Below, piece after piece: positions 41,444 to 50,548 of a DNA stretch of 64,000 nt. Source of the DNA: a virus (taxonomy: Duplodnaviria > Caudoviricetes); the IMG/VR virus record IMGVR_UViG_3300026161_000447, positions 22,076-86,075 of that record. The stretch is one strand, 5' to 3'. A program made the position numbers and the translations under genes. How positions within the stretch are numbered: the stretch's first letter is position 1; each line of letters starts with the position of its first letter. The notes beneath the pieces were generated by a model that did not search any database, was not told the DNA's origin, and worked only from the letters and a program-made list of their open reading frames with translations.

Positions 41444-44400
41444 TTACCCCCACCCCACCCCAACCCCCGAGATCTTGCCGCTCACCTTCCGCGCCAGCAC
41501 CCGCAGGTCAATCCCCGGCTGCTCAATCGTCGTCTCGATTCCCCGCGCCACCCGCTGCGCCCGCCGGAACCGCGTCTCGCCGTGGGCGCTCACCGCAAGC
41601 TCCCACTCCGCGTCCTCGTCGTGTTCCTCGTAGTCCACAAGGACCGTGGTCGGCGCCTCATCGGGGACCGGTGGCGTGCACACCAGTAGTTCCTCGTCGA
41701 CAACAACGCCCGTTCCCGGCAAGAGCGGGATCGTCAGCCATGTGCAGGCCCGGGCCGCCACCGCCACGTCCTCCACCGTCCGCGGCACGTAGTCATCGGC
41801 GATGGCTGTCACGTCGTAGACCGCCGCCGCAAGCGCCAGTGAGTACCAACCACCTGGTCCGCTCGTCGTGCTGGCCGGCGTCGCCACCGTCGCGCCCGCA
41901 ACCCCCGCGCGTGTCCACTGGTCAACCACATACCCCACCAGGTAGCCGTCCGTCTCCTCGGGCTCCTGGGCCACGATGGTCACCGTCGCACTCGCCGTCG
42001 CCTCCGCTCCCACCTGGGCAATGGCTGTCCCCGGCACGTAGCCGTCCTTATACGCCACCAGCCGGTACCAGCCCTCCGGCAGGTAGGGGAAGGTCGCCGT
42101 GCCGTCGGCGCCCGTCGTCTTCTGCAGATCGGCCGTCGCCGCCACCGTCGCCCCCTCCACCACCGCGCCCTCGGCGTCGACCACCGCCACCACAAGCGCC
42201 CCCAGCCTCGCCACCCGCCAGAGCGGGATGTCCACCTCCGCCCCCGCGGGTACGTTGCCCACGTGCGTGGCGTAGAAGCCCGTCGCCGACGCCTCCAGCT
42301 CGTGGCTGCCTGCCACCACCTGTGGAAACTGGTAGCGTCCTAGTTCGTCGGCGTAGCAGGTCGCCAGGCCATCGAGCCAGACGCACGCGCCGGGCACCCC
42401 CGCATTGTCGTGGGCGTCGACGACATAGCCGCCGATAGTCAAGAGCTCACCGACGGGCACAGTCGTCGGCACGAGGCCGATGTCCAGCCGCGTCCCGGCC
42501 TCGGCGGCGACGCACACGCCCTCAATGGTCTGCGTATGGTAGTCCGTCGCCGACGCCACTGCCGTTGTCTGCCCAGCCGGAAGGTCGTCGATCAGGTAGA
42601 GACCCGCCGCGCCGGTCGTTGACGTCTCGCCCCCGGCGACGACAGACGCGCCGGAGATAGGGTTTCTGGTCGCCACGTCCCGCACCAGGCCCCACAGGTA
42701 GCCGGCCCCTTCGGTGACGGCAGTGAGGTCGACCTCAACGTCCGTGGTTGTCCCGGCCGTGACCGTGCCGGTTGCCGCCGCCGCCTGGTAGCCCTCCGCC
42801 GTCACGACAACCACATAGGTTGCCGCCGGCAGGTTGCCCACCGTGGCCGTGCCGTCTGCAGCCGTCGTCGCCACCGCGCAGTCGACGACTTCCACTCTTG
42901 CGCCGGCGACCGGCGCCGCCCCGGCCGTGACCACCACCCGCAGCCCCCCAACCAGCGTCCCCGTGGGCACCATGCCGAAGTCGGCGCGGGTTGTCTTGCC
43001 GGCGACGATCTGCACGGCCGCCCCCGAGACTCCTACATAGCCGGTCTTCGTCAGGCTCACAGCGTAGTCGCCGGCGGCGATGCCTCGGCGCTCGTAGCAG
43101 CCACCGCCGTCGGTCGCCGCCTCGTAGTCCCCCAGGTCCACCAGCACCCCCGCGAGCGCCTCTCCCGTCGTCAGATCGCGGACGGTCCCCACCAGGTCAC
43201 CGGCCGACGGCGTCTCGCCCCCCGTGGGGTACATGAAGAGGTCTACCCGCACAGTCTCACCCTCGGCAAGCACCTCGTGGACCGCCCCGGCGGAGAACAC
43301 GTAGCCCGCCAACGTCGCCGTCAGGTCATAGGCTCCCGGGTCAAGCTCCTTCGCGTAGTAGCCGCCGGCGGCCGTCTGCTCCGTCAGACCTTCGGCGAAC
43401 TGGACGGTTGCGCCGTAGAGGCCGCCGCCCGTCAGGCCGTCACGGACGAAGCCCCAGATCATGCCCTTCCCGGACGTCAGCGCCGGGAGGGCGAAATCTT
43501 GGACGGTGGTCTCGCCGTCCTCGACCGACACTTCGGCGACCTGCGATTGGTAGCCGGCCTTCGCCGCGCCAACGGCGTGCCTCCCTATCGCGACGGTGTC
43601 TATCGCGTAGTCGCCGGCGGCGTCGGTGGTATCTGCAAGCTGCTCGAGCACCACGGCCGCCCCCTCGAGGGCTGCGGGCGTCGTGTCCGTAACCGTGCCT
43701 TCGACGTCCCCGTGGGGAACGATGGGCGGCCCCGGCAGCCGCGGCCACGTGACGTACACCAGCGTGTCGGCGTCTGGCTCGTAGGGATGCCACCAGCCTG
43801 TCCAGTTGCCGGCCCCTGCCGAGTCGAGCGTCTCCTCCAGCAGTCGGCGGACCCACGCCCGGCGTGCCAGTGACCGGCAGAAGGCCACGGCTCCGCCGTC
43901 GCCAATCGGCACCACCAGGTAGGGCACGACCTCCTCCGGGTAGTAGACTTCCATCGACCGGCCGTCGAACTCCGCGGCAAGCAGGCTTTCACTGTCGGGC
44001 ATGAAGTCGTAGCTGTCGGTGATGTAGTCTTCCGAGCCCTCATATAGGTAGAGCCTGTTCCGGACGCGCTTCACCGGATAGGGGCGGTTGCGGTTGATGC
44101 GCAGTACCCGCTGCCACTCGCTGTCCCCCGGAACGAGGAAGGACAGGAAGTAGCTGAGGGCGCCGGAGTCGGCGCGCGCGGCCTCAACCGTCCACGCCCT
44201 CCCCAGCCAAGACTCGATGTGACTGCCCCCCATGTACGCCGTGAAGTCCCCAGAGTAGTGATGCCAGTAGGGCGCCGTCGTCGCCTGCCAGGAGGTACCG
44301 ACGCGCTGCAGACAGGTGGTGTTGAGGTTCTGGCCGATGGCGGGATCGCGCGAGAAGCCGACGACACTGCCGTCGGGCAGAACCCTCAGAGACCTTTGCA

Positions 44401-44884
44401 TTGTCCCCAGGTCGCCATGGGAGAGTATGGCCTCGAAGTCCACGCCGTCGTAGACGCTCACGCCTGCGCTGTGGCCACAGACGAGTCTGTCGCCACCATC
44501 CACGAGCTCGTTGCAGGCACGCTCAGCGTGCACAGTCCACGACCGGCCGTCGAAGGACATGAACCGCGAGTTGCCGGCGCCGCCGACGATGTACCGGTAG
44601 CCCGAGAACCAGAGCTGTCCCTGCCAGGCCGCCAGGCCCGTCAGCAGGTCCAAGCCGGTGCCCTCGTAGCGCGAGAGCTCAAAGGCGAACCCCTCTGCCG
44701 GCCACTCGCAGCAGGCGCCTACGTTGCCGTCGCGTGACACCCTCACCAACGGCGCCCACTCGTCGCGCGGGGCGTAGGTGTCGGCAAGCCCCCACTCGCC
44801 GGCGACGTACAGGTCGTCGCCGAACACGCAGGCGGCCTTGCCCACCAGCCCCTCGATGGTCGTCAGATAGCGCCAGTTGACCAC
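41444..44884 (-). CDS. Tail fibre/adhesin-like protein: N-terminal beta-propeller plus eight carboxypeptidase-regulatory/Cna-B-like repeats
   Basis: Eight G.l.G.V.D..G..l.GA.V...tT...G.Y....l..G.Y.v.a...GY units; no signal peptide. Confidence 0.85.
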   Translation of the reverse strand: MVNWRYLTTIEGLVGKAACVFGDDLYVAGEWGLADTYAPRDEWAPLVRVSRDGNVGACCEWPAEGFAFELSRYEGTGLDLLTGLAAWQGQLWFSGYRYIVGGAGNSRFMSFDGRSWTVHAERACNELVDGGDRLVCGHSAGVSVYDGVDFEAILSHGDLGTMQRSLRVLPDGSVVGFSRDPAIGQNLNTTCLQRVGTSWQATTAPYWHHYSGDFTAYMGGSHIESWLGRAWTVEAARADSGALSYFLSFLVPGDSEWQRVLRINRNRPYPVKRVRNRLYLYEGSEDYITDSYDFMPDSESLLAAEFDGRSMEVYYPEEVVPYLVVPIGDGGAVAFCRSLARRAWVRRLLEETLDSAGAGNWTGWWHPYEPDADTLVYVTWPRLPGPPIVPHGDVEGTVTDTTPAALEGAAVVLEQLADTTDAAGDYAIDTVAIGRHAVGAAKAGYQSQVAEVSVEDGETTVQDFALPALTSGKGMIWGFVRDGLTGGGLYGATVQFAEGLTEQTAAGGYYAKELDPGAYDLTATLAGYVFSAGAVHEVLAEGETVRVDLFMYPTGGETPSAGDLVGTVRDLTTGEALAGVLVDLGDYEAATDGGGCYERRGIAAGDYAVSLTKTGYVGVSGAAVQIVAGKTTRADFGMVPTGTLVGGLRVVVTAGAAPVAGARVEVVDCAVATTAADGTATVGNLPAATYVVVVTAEGYQAAAATGTVTAGTTTDVEVDLTAVTEGAGYLWGLVRDVATRNPISGASVVAGGETSTTGAAGLYLIDDLPAGQTTAVASATDYHTQTIEGVCVAAEAGTRLDIGLVPTTVPVGELLTIGGYVVDAHDNAGVPGACVWLDGLATCYADELGRYQFPQVVAGSHELEASATGFYATHVGNVPAGAEVDIPLWRVARLGALVVAVVDAEGAVVEGATVAATADLQKTTGADGTATFPYLPEGWYRLVAYKDGYVPGTAIAQVGAEATASATVTIVAQEPEETDGYLVGYVVDQWTRAGVAGATVATPASTTSGPGGWYSLALAAAVYDVTAIADDYVPRTVEDVAVAARACTWLTIPLLPGTGVVVDEELLVCTPPVPDEAPTTVLVDYEEHDEDAEWELAVSAHGETRFRRAQRVARGIETTIEQPGIDLRVLARKVSGKISGVGVGWG

Positions 44885-44890
44885 TGTCGG

Positions 44891-45865
44891 TTACCCCACG
44901 GTGTGGTAGGTGCTGTCGACGGCCGCCGTCGTCAGCTCCTCGTCGTACAGGTCGTCGTCGGAGATCCCGGGGACCCAGATGTAGGTGGCCTCCTGTGTCT
45001 CGGCGATGCCCGGCAGGACGTGCTCGGTGCGGAGCAGTAGCCGGATGTGGTTGGCGATCTCCAGGTCGGACGGAAGCTGCACGACCGTCGGCGTCACCGC
45101 GTCTCCCCCGCCGCCTGTGCCCCCCGATGTCGCGAGTTGGCCCGCCACATATTCCTCAATGGTCGTCGCGTCGCCGCTGGACTGCCCCAGCGCCCCCCAG
45201 TAGACGGTTCCTCCCCCGCCGCCGCTCTCCAGGGCCGCGAGGCGGTCGCTGATGCTGGCCTCGCCCTCGACGGGGTCGCCGTTCCCATCGTAGTAGCCGT
45301 CACCCAGCACGGCCTTGACGGCCGCGACGTCGGCTTCCACGGCATCCACGTCACCTTCGAAGGCCGCCACGCGGTTGAGTGCGTCTTGCCCGCGGATGAA
45401 CGTCCTCGCGTCCACCACGCTGTCGGGCACGATGCCCGTTCCGTTTGTCGCCAGTTGGGCAAGCAGCAGATGGTTCGCCAGTGCGCCGCCTGTCGTGTTG
45501 TAGGTGTAGGCAACGCCTGCGTCCTCCCGGCTGTCCGGGTCCTCGGGGTCATCGCGAAGCTGGGCGCCGACATAGACGTAGACCTCGGCTTCATTCGCCG
45601 GCAGGCCACTGAGCGTGTAGCTGCTGAGCGCCTCCACGAATACCAGTCGCTGCTCTGTGGAGACGATCGCCTTCCCGGCCGCGATGGTCACACTCAGTCC
45701 CGTCCCGGCCGCGACGACGAAGTCCGTCTCGCCGACGACGCCCGCACCATGGGCTTCGTGGCCGCCCTCGATCTGGACGCCGATGACCTTGCCGTGCGTG
45801 TTGACCTCATCGCTCGGCAGGTTCTCCGGCCCGTAGTCTGTGCGGATGATGTCGTCCCAGGGCAT
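44891..45865 (-). CDS. Minor tail protein
   Basis: GTGLSVTIAAGKAIV...LLLAQL...VVDART motif of siphovirus tail-tip proteins; coiled segment. Confidence 0.7.
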   Translation of the reverse strand: MPWDDIIRTDYGPENLPSDEVNTHGKVIGVQIEGGHEAHGAGVVGETDFVVAAGTGLSVTIAAGKAIVSTEQRLVFVEALSSYTLSGLPANEAEVYVYVGAQLRDDPEDPDSREDAGVAYTYNTTGGALANHLLLAQLATNGTGIVPDSVVDARTFIRGQDALNRVAAFEGDVDAVEADVAAVKAVLGDGYYDGNGDPVEGEASISDRLAALESGGGGGTVYWGALGQSSGDATTIEEYVAGQLATSGGTGGGGDAVTPTVVQLPSDLEIANHIRLLLRTEHVLPGIAETQEATYIWVPGISDDDLYDEELTTAAVDSTYHTVG

Positions 45866-45874
45866 CTGTGCACC

Positions 45875-46111
45875 TCAGATCATGATGTCGTCGCCGTCGA
45901 GTAGCGAGTGATCCAGACGGAAATGGTCGTGCCAGACACCGTCTGGGTCGTAGTTGCCGCTGCCCGGGGCGCCCATCGCAGGCGATGAAGCCATCTGCGT
46001 GCGCAAGAGCGCCCTGCTGGGGTCGGTCATGACGGCCAATGCCGCCTCCGCCGACCGCTGAATCTGCAGTTCGGTGACGTAGCCGCGTGTGATGTAGGGG
46101 CTTAGGAGCAT
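45875..46111 (-). CDS. Small tail-region hypothetical protein
   Basis: 78 aa; TGATG coupling. Confidence 0.6.
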   Translation of the reverse strand: MLLSPYITRGYVTELQIQRSAEAALAVMTDPSRALLRTQMASSPAMGAPGSGNYDPDGVWHDHFRLDHSLLDGDDIMI

Positions 46112-48885
46112 CAGACGGGGTTCCCGTTGTTGTCATAGTAGCCGCCGGCCGCCAACAGGTGCAGGCCGCCCGTATACGCCGCGGGCATGGCCTTCAGCGG
46201 CGAGCAGACGACGGTCGTCGTGTACTCAGCCGTCTGACCGAACTGCCACTCGTCTGTGAGCTTCGCGATGCGGAAGCTGTGGCCGTTGAGCTCCATCTCA
46301 TCCTGGCTGCGGGGGTTGGCCATGTTCAGGGTGATCTTGTCCCCCCAACCGATGCCGGGCTGCCCCCTGAGCCTCACCGTCGCCGACCTCATGCGCGTGT
46401 CGCTGACCGCCCACATCACCCAGTCGGCGACGCACTGCGCCACCCCCGGCCAGTAGAAGTGACTACCCTCTACGACCTTGGTCCGCACCCAGCTTTCGTC
46501 CACGCCCTGGCCTTCGACGCTGCTGTGCTCGATGCGTGCCTCCCCCACCAGCCCCGGCCGCGCAGGCCACAGGCCGCCACCCGTGGGGTCATTGTCGCCC
46601 GGTATGCGCCCCCAGACTTGCATGCGGTTGATGTCCAGCTCCCCGCGCTCGCTGGCGTCTATGCCCATCATCGCCGCGTTGTAGTCCCAAGGCAGGACGC
46701 TCACGACGTCACTCAGCGTGTAGGACGGGGCGTTGGCTATCCACCGGAAGTAGTTGCCGTAGTGCGGGAGGTAGCGGAAGACGCCCGCGTCGTAGTAGCG
46801 GTCCATGAAGAAGACCGCGAAGTCCTTCTCGCATATCTGGCGGATCCACGACAGGGCATCGCTGTTGAAGGGCGGCGCCCACAGGAAGCCATTCCCCTGT
46901 GGGGGGTTCGTCAGCATCTCGTACTCTAGCAGGCCATGCCAGCCCGGGGGGTAGGCACGGTAGACAACCGCCTGAGGCCCCAAGGTCGTCTCGATGATGT
47001 ACTGCACGGCCTCCCAGCCATGTAGCTCCTGTCGGCCACCGAGGTCCCGGACCTTCCGCATGAGGATGAAGTCCAGTGGCGAGTAGGCACCGTCGATGAC
47101 CCCCGCGGGCTTCTGCAGTCGCACTGACGGGTCGGAGGCCTCGAGTCTCCCCCGGCCCTCGCCATACCGCTGCAGGGACGGCGCCCAGCCGGTCTGGTAG
47201 CCGGCAAGCACCAGCACCTCGTCGACGTCGATGTCGCCCTTGCTCCACCAGGTCTGAATGCTCTTGTCGTCGTTTTGCCAGCTCGCGTAGGCCGCCAAAC
47301 CCTTGTGCTTGCCCACGTAGTGGGGCCACAGGTCACCGATCGGCGTCGTTCCTCCAACCAGAGAGCATTCCGGCAGGAGATCGAGGTGCACATCGGCGGA
47401 GAATGATCGCGTCGGCGAGATCCCGGGATCGCCGCTCTGATGGGTCGCGCTTGCTATCGCCGGCCGGATGTCCAATGGCGTGTCGGCGTCGGCGACCACG
47501 TACTTGCTGCGGTAAGACACGGCTACCGTGTGCACCAGGGGCGTCTGGGACTGCCACCAGTCGTTGTGGTAGACGTTGGCCCAATCACCGGTCCCCACGG
47601 GGTTTCTGCTGCCGACCCCGACATGCCAGGGCGTGCCGTCGTCGTGACCTACCGCGCCGCCCTTTGCGTAGCGGAACTCCGACTGAACCTGACAGGTGTA
47701 GCGCCGGCGATTGCCCCTGACGGGCACGTCCGTGAAGACCGCCATCTCGGCCGGCAGTGCCGCGGGGCGTCCGCTATTACCCGTGTACCCCGGCCGATTC
47801 TCCGCCGGGTAGCCCAGGGCGATTGCTTCCATGCCCGTGGCCATGCCGCCGTTGGCGTACATGGGCGATACCGGCGCCCAGTACTCGCGAGAGAAGCTGC
47901 CCACGCGATGGTAGAGCCGGTCAGAGGGGGACATCTCCCAGTGCCTCTGCTCGTAGGTCTCTGCCACGCACGCGCAGCCCTGCCCGGCTATCCTCAGCAC
48001 GCCACCCGATGGGTCCCTGAACGGCCGCAGTATAGCCTGAGGATCGCCCTGGGCATCGAGTGGCCTGCGCGAGTAAGCCACCTGGTGGCCGCCGCCGGGT
48101 CCTGTCAGGGACGTCACCATGCGGCCGGCCAGGTATTCCACGTGCAGCCAGACGTCCTCGCCCTCGAAGAGACCCGGCACCTGGGGAAACTCACGTGCCA
48201 CCTGATAGCCGTTACCGTCCTTGCGCAACAGGCACGGAGCCGATCTGGGCCGCGCCGATACCGCCCACTGGCCGTTCGCCCACGAGGCCATGACAAACGG
48301 GCTGTCCTTGGCCGTCCGGCTTGCCGCCGGCGCCCAGGTCTTCAGTCGCAGCGCAAAGCCCTGGGCGCCCGGCAGGGGGTAGAGTGTCCGCGCCGAGAAT
48401 GCCTGGTCTGCCCGGGCGTCGTGCCACGTGATCCCCGTGTGCTCACTCTCGTCGGTGCGACACGTCCGCCAGCTTGGGAGGCTGATGGGCTCCGGCCGCC
48501 AGCCCACACAACGGTAGCGATACGAGGGGTACGCCACATCGTCCGGCACGCCTCCGGCGTCGGCCATGAAGCTGTTGCGTGGCACCCACCGCGAGTGGAC
48601 GGCAAAGCCCGAGACCTCCGTGCCGTCCACGTCGTCGTGGACGCGCCGGAAGTCCAGGTTCTGGACGTCGCTGAAGTAGCCGTCCTTGCCCGAGGCGGCC
48701 AGGGCGCGCATCGCCATCGCCGTCGGGTAGGCGTCGTCGGCGTTGAGGCCCGAGCCCTCCTGGGAGCCGCCGCGAAGCGTCTTGGCAACCACGTCCGCAA
48801 CCGTCCAGCCGCGGCCCTTGTTGAGTGGCACCGACGTAAGCGGGTAGCACTCAACGCGCAGATAGGGGTACTGGGTCTGTGGCAT
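46111..48885 (-). CDS. Large minor tail protein (hub/Tal-like by position)
   Basis: 924 aa; C-terminal G.PGI.WGDKITL...F.I..L...W..G.Y.TT typical of tail-tip hub folds. Confidence 0.65.
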   Translation of the reverse strand: MPQTQYPYLRVECYPLTSVPLNKGRGWTVADVVAKTLRGGSQEGSGLNADDAYPTAMAMRALAASGKDGYFSDVQNLDFRRVHDDVDGTEVSGFAVHSRWVPRNSFMADAGGVPDDVAYPSYRYRCVGWRPEPISLPSWRTCRTDESEHTGITWHDARADQAFSARTLYPLPGAQGFALRLKTWAPAASRTAKDSPFVMASWANGQWAVSARPRSAPCLLRKDGNGYQVAREFPQVPGLFEGEDVWLHVEYLAGRMVTSLTGPGGGHQVAYSRRPLDAQGDPQAILRPFRDPSGGVLRIAGQGCACVAETYEQRHWEMSPSDRLYHRVGSFSREYWAPVSPMYANGGMATGMEAIALGYPAENRPGYTGNSGRPAALPAEMAVFTDVPVRGNRRRYTCQVQSEFRYAKGGAVGHDDGTPWHVGVGSRNPVGTGDWANVYHNDWWQSQTPLVHTVAVSYRSKYVVADADTPLDIRPAIASATHQSGDPGISPTRSFSADVHLDLLPECSLVGGTTPIGDLWPHYVGKHKGLAAYASWQNDDKSIQTWWSKGDIDVDEVLVLAGYQTGWAPSLQRYGEGRGRLEASDPSVRLQKPAGVIDGAYSPLDFILMRKVRDLGGRQELHGWEAVQYIIETTLGPQAVVYRAYPPGWHGLLEYEMLTNPPQGNGFLWAPPFNSDALSWIRQICEKDFAVFFMDRYYDAGVFRYLPHYGNYFRWIANAPSYTLSDVVSVLPWDYNAAMMGIDASERGELDINRMQVWGRIPGDNDPTGGGLWPARPGLVGEARIEHSSVEGQGVDESWVRTKVVEGSHFYWPGVAQCVADWVMWAVSDTRMRSATVRLRGQPGIGWGDKITLNMANPRSQDEMELNGHSFRIAKLTDEWQFGQTAEYTTTVVCSPLKAMPAAYTGGLHLLAAGGYYDNNGNPV

Positions 48886-50547
48886 CTACTGACTCCAGGT
48901 GTTTCCGCCGTCGAGGCTCTCGAAGTACCTGCCGTCGGCAGTGAGCAGCCTGAGGTGGCCACTGCCGCGGGCTTCCAGCTTGTGTGTGACCTCCGGCAGT
49001 GACGGGAAGGGCTCCTGTTGGCCGGTGGCCGCGTTGTAGACCGTCGGCACGATCTCCTCATGCCGGTCTGGCGCCATGTAGTCCGCCGTCGGCAGGGGAT
49101 TGAGCGACGTGCGGATGACGTAGGTGTCATTGCCGCCGACGGCGATGCAAAAGAGTGTGCCTGCGGCGTCAACGGCCGCCGCCACCACGCGATTGCTTGT
49201 GATCTGCACGGGTGCCTCCCACGTGCTACCGGCGAGGCAGTGCTCGTAGAAGGCACCGTCCGCCTTCGAGTAGACGAGAGCCGGGCCGAGGCCGCGGCGC
49301 AGGAGGATGGGGTTCGTGCACGAGCTCGCCGTCGACGACCGGCCGTCGAATGCCAGGGCCCCTGTCCACGTGCTGGGCCCGGCGGGGCTGGCCACATCGG
49401 CCGAGCAGTCGGTGCCGAGGGCCCGCAGGTCATGCGCCGCCCGCACGACTACGCCACTGCCCCCCGAACTGTCCGCCACCCACCAGTACCCCGTCTCTGG
49501 GACATAGAGTGCCGACCACGTGTCCCCCGAGCAGACGGCCGTCGACACGATATCCAGGTTCAACGGCAGGGCGGCATTGCCTGTCCAGTGGCCGGCGAAG
49601 ACGACCTTCGACCCCGCAGGCACGGACAGGGCGTAGATCGGCCCCTCCCAGTCGAAGCCGATGATCCCCTCTTCCCACGTGTAGTCGCTGCCGCCGCCGG
49701 GATATGCGAGACCACCGTCCGCTCCCGTCTGGATTGCCGGCGCCTCCCGCACCACGGCTCCGGCATCCCACGTCCGGGCGAGTCGCCCGAGCCGCCCCCG
49801 GCGGCACCCCGTGAGCCTGTGGGGCCAGGTGCTTGTGTCCACGCCCTCGTAGTCCACGCGTTCGTAACTCATCCGCAGGTTGCCGCTGCTGTCCACAAGG
49901 CCGACGTAGGCACTTCCCGACGTGGGGAACTCCCGGAGGTCGTCGGCCTCGATGACGGACGCCCGGGCGTCGACGCCGTTGACGACTGTGGTCTGGGCCA
50001 TGATGTGCCCCAGGCCGCTGGCGTCCGTCGCTTGCGCGCCTGCCGGGTGAGCCGCGGGGCTGGTCCCGTCCTGTCCCCGTTGACAGCCCGTGAGCTGCCA
50101 GCCACCGGAGGCCAGTCGCACGCGCCCCCCGTAGCGGACAACCTCGCCGCCGATCTCGACCGCCCCCGCGGGCTGCGGCCATCCCGTGAGGTCGTCGAGC
50201 CAGAGCGTCGTGTCCGAGACCCCCGCTGGCTGCGAGAGTGCCGCTGTGCGGCTCTCGGCGCCGAAGACCGTGGTGTCGATGACCTCGGCGCCGTCGTCGA
50301 ACCACCAGGCGAAGAACATGCCCACCATGCCCATGCCGCTGATGGGCAGCGTCACCATCTGCCGCAGGATGGTCTGACCGCCCGGGTCCTCGATCCTGAG
50401 CAGCCACCGGTCACTGCTGTTGATGACGCTGACGATCTCGCCGAGTCGCACCCGGAACTCCTCGGCGATGCGGTAGCGGAAGCAGTTAGCGGGGGTGTCG
50501 GCGATCTCGCCGCTGGACGTGAGTGCCGACCAGCCCGTGAGCCCCAT
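48886..50547 (-). CDS. Minor tail protein after the TMP
   Basis: Two copies of T.l..d....P..G.V.i..E.v.Y......LTGC.RG..Gt.a..h..Ga; terminal Asp-box ESLDGGNTW. Confidence 0.7.
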   Translation of the reverse strand: MGLTGWSALTSSGEIADTPANCFRYRIAEEFRVRLGEIVSVINSSDRWLLRIEDPGGQTILRQMVTLPISGMGMVGMFFAWWFDDGAEVIDTTVFGAESRTAALSQPAGVSDTTLWLDDLTGWPQPAGAVEIGGEVVRYGGRVRLASGGWQLTGCQRGQDGTSPAAHPAGAQATDASGLGHIMAQTTVVNGVDARASVIEADDLREFPTSGSAYVGLVDSSGNLRMSYERVDYEGVDTSTWPHRLTGCRRGRLGRLARTWDAGAVVREAPAIQTGADGGLAYPGGGSDYTWEEGIIGFDWEGPIYALSVPAGSKVVFAGHWTGNAALPLNLDIVSTAVCSGDTWSALYVPETGYWWVADSSGGSGVVVRAAHDLRALGTDCSADVASPAGPSTWTGALAFDGRSSTASSCTNPILLRRGLGPALVYSKADGAFYEHCLAGSTWEAPVQITSNRVVAAAVDAAGTLFCIAVGGNDTYVIRTSLNPLPTADYMAPDRHEEIVPTVYNAATGQQEPFPSLPEVTHKLEARGSGHLRLLTADGRYFESLDGGNTWSQ

Positions 50548-50548
50548 G

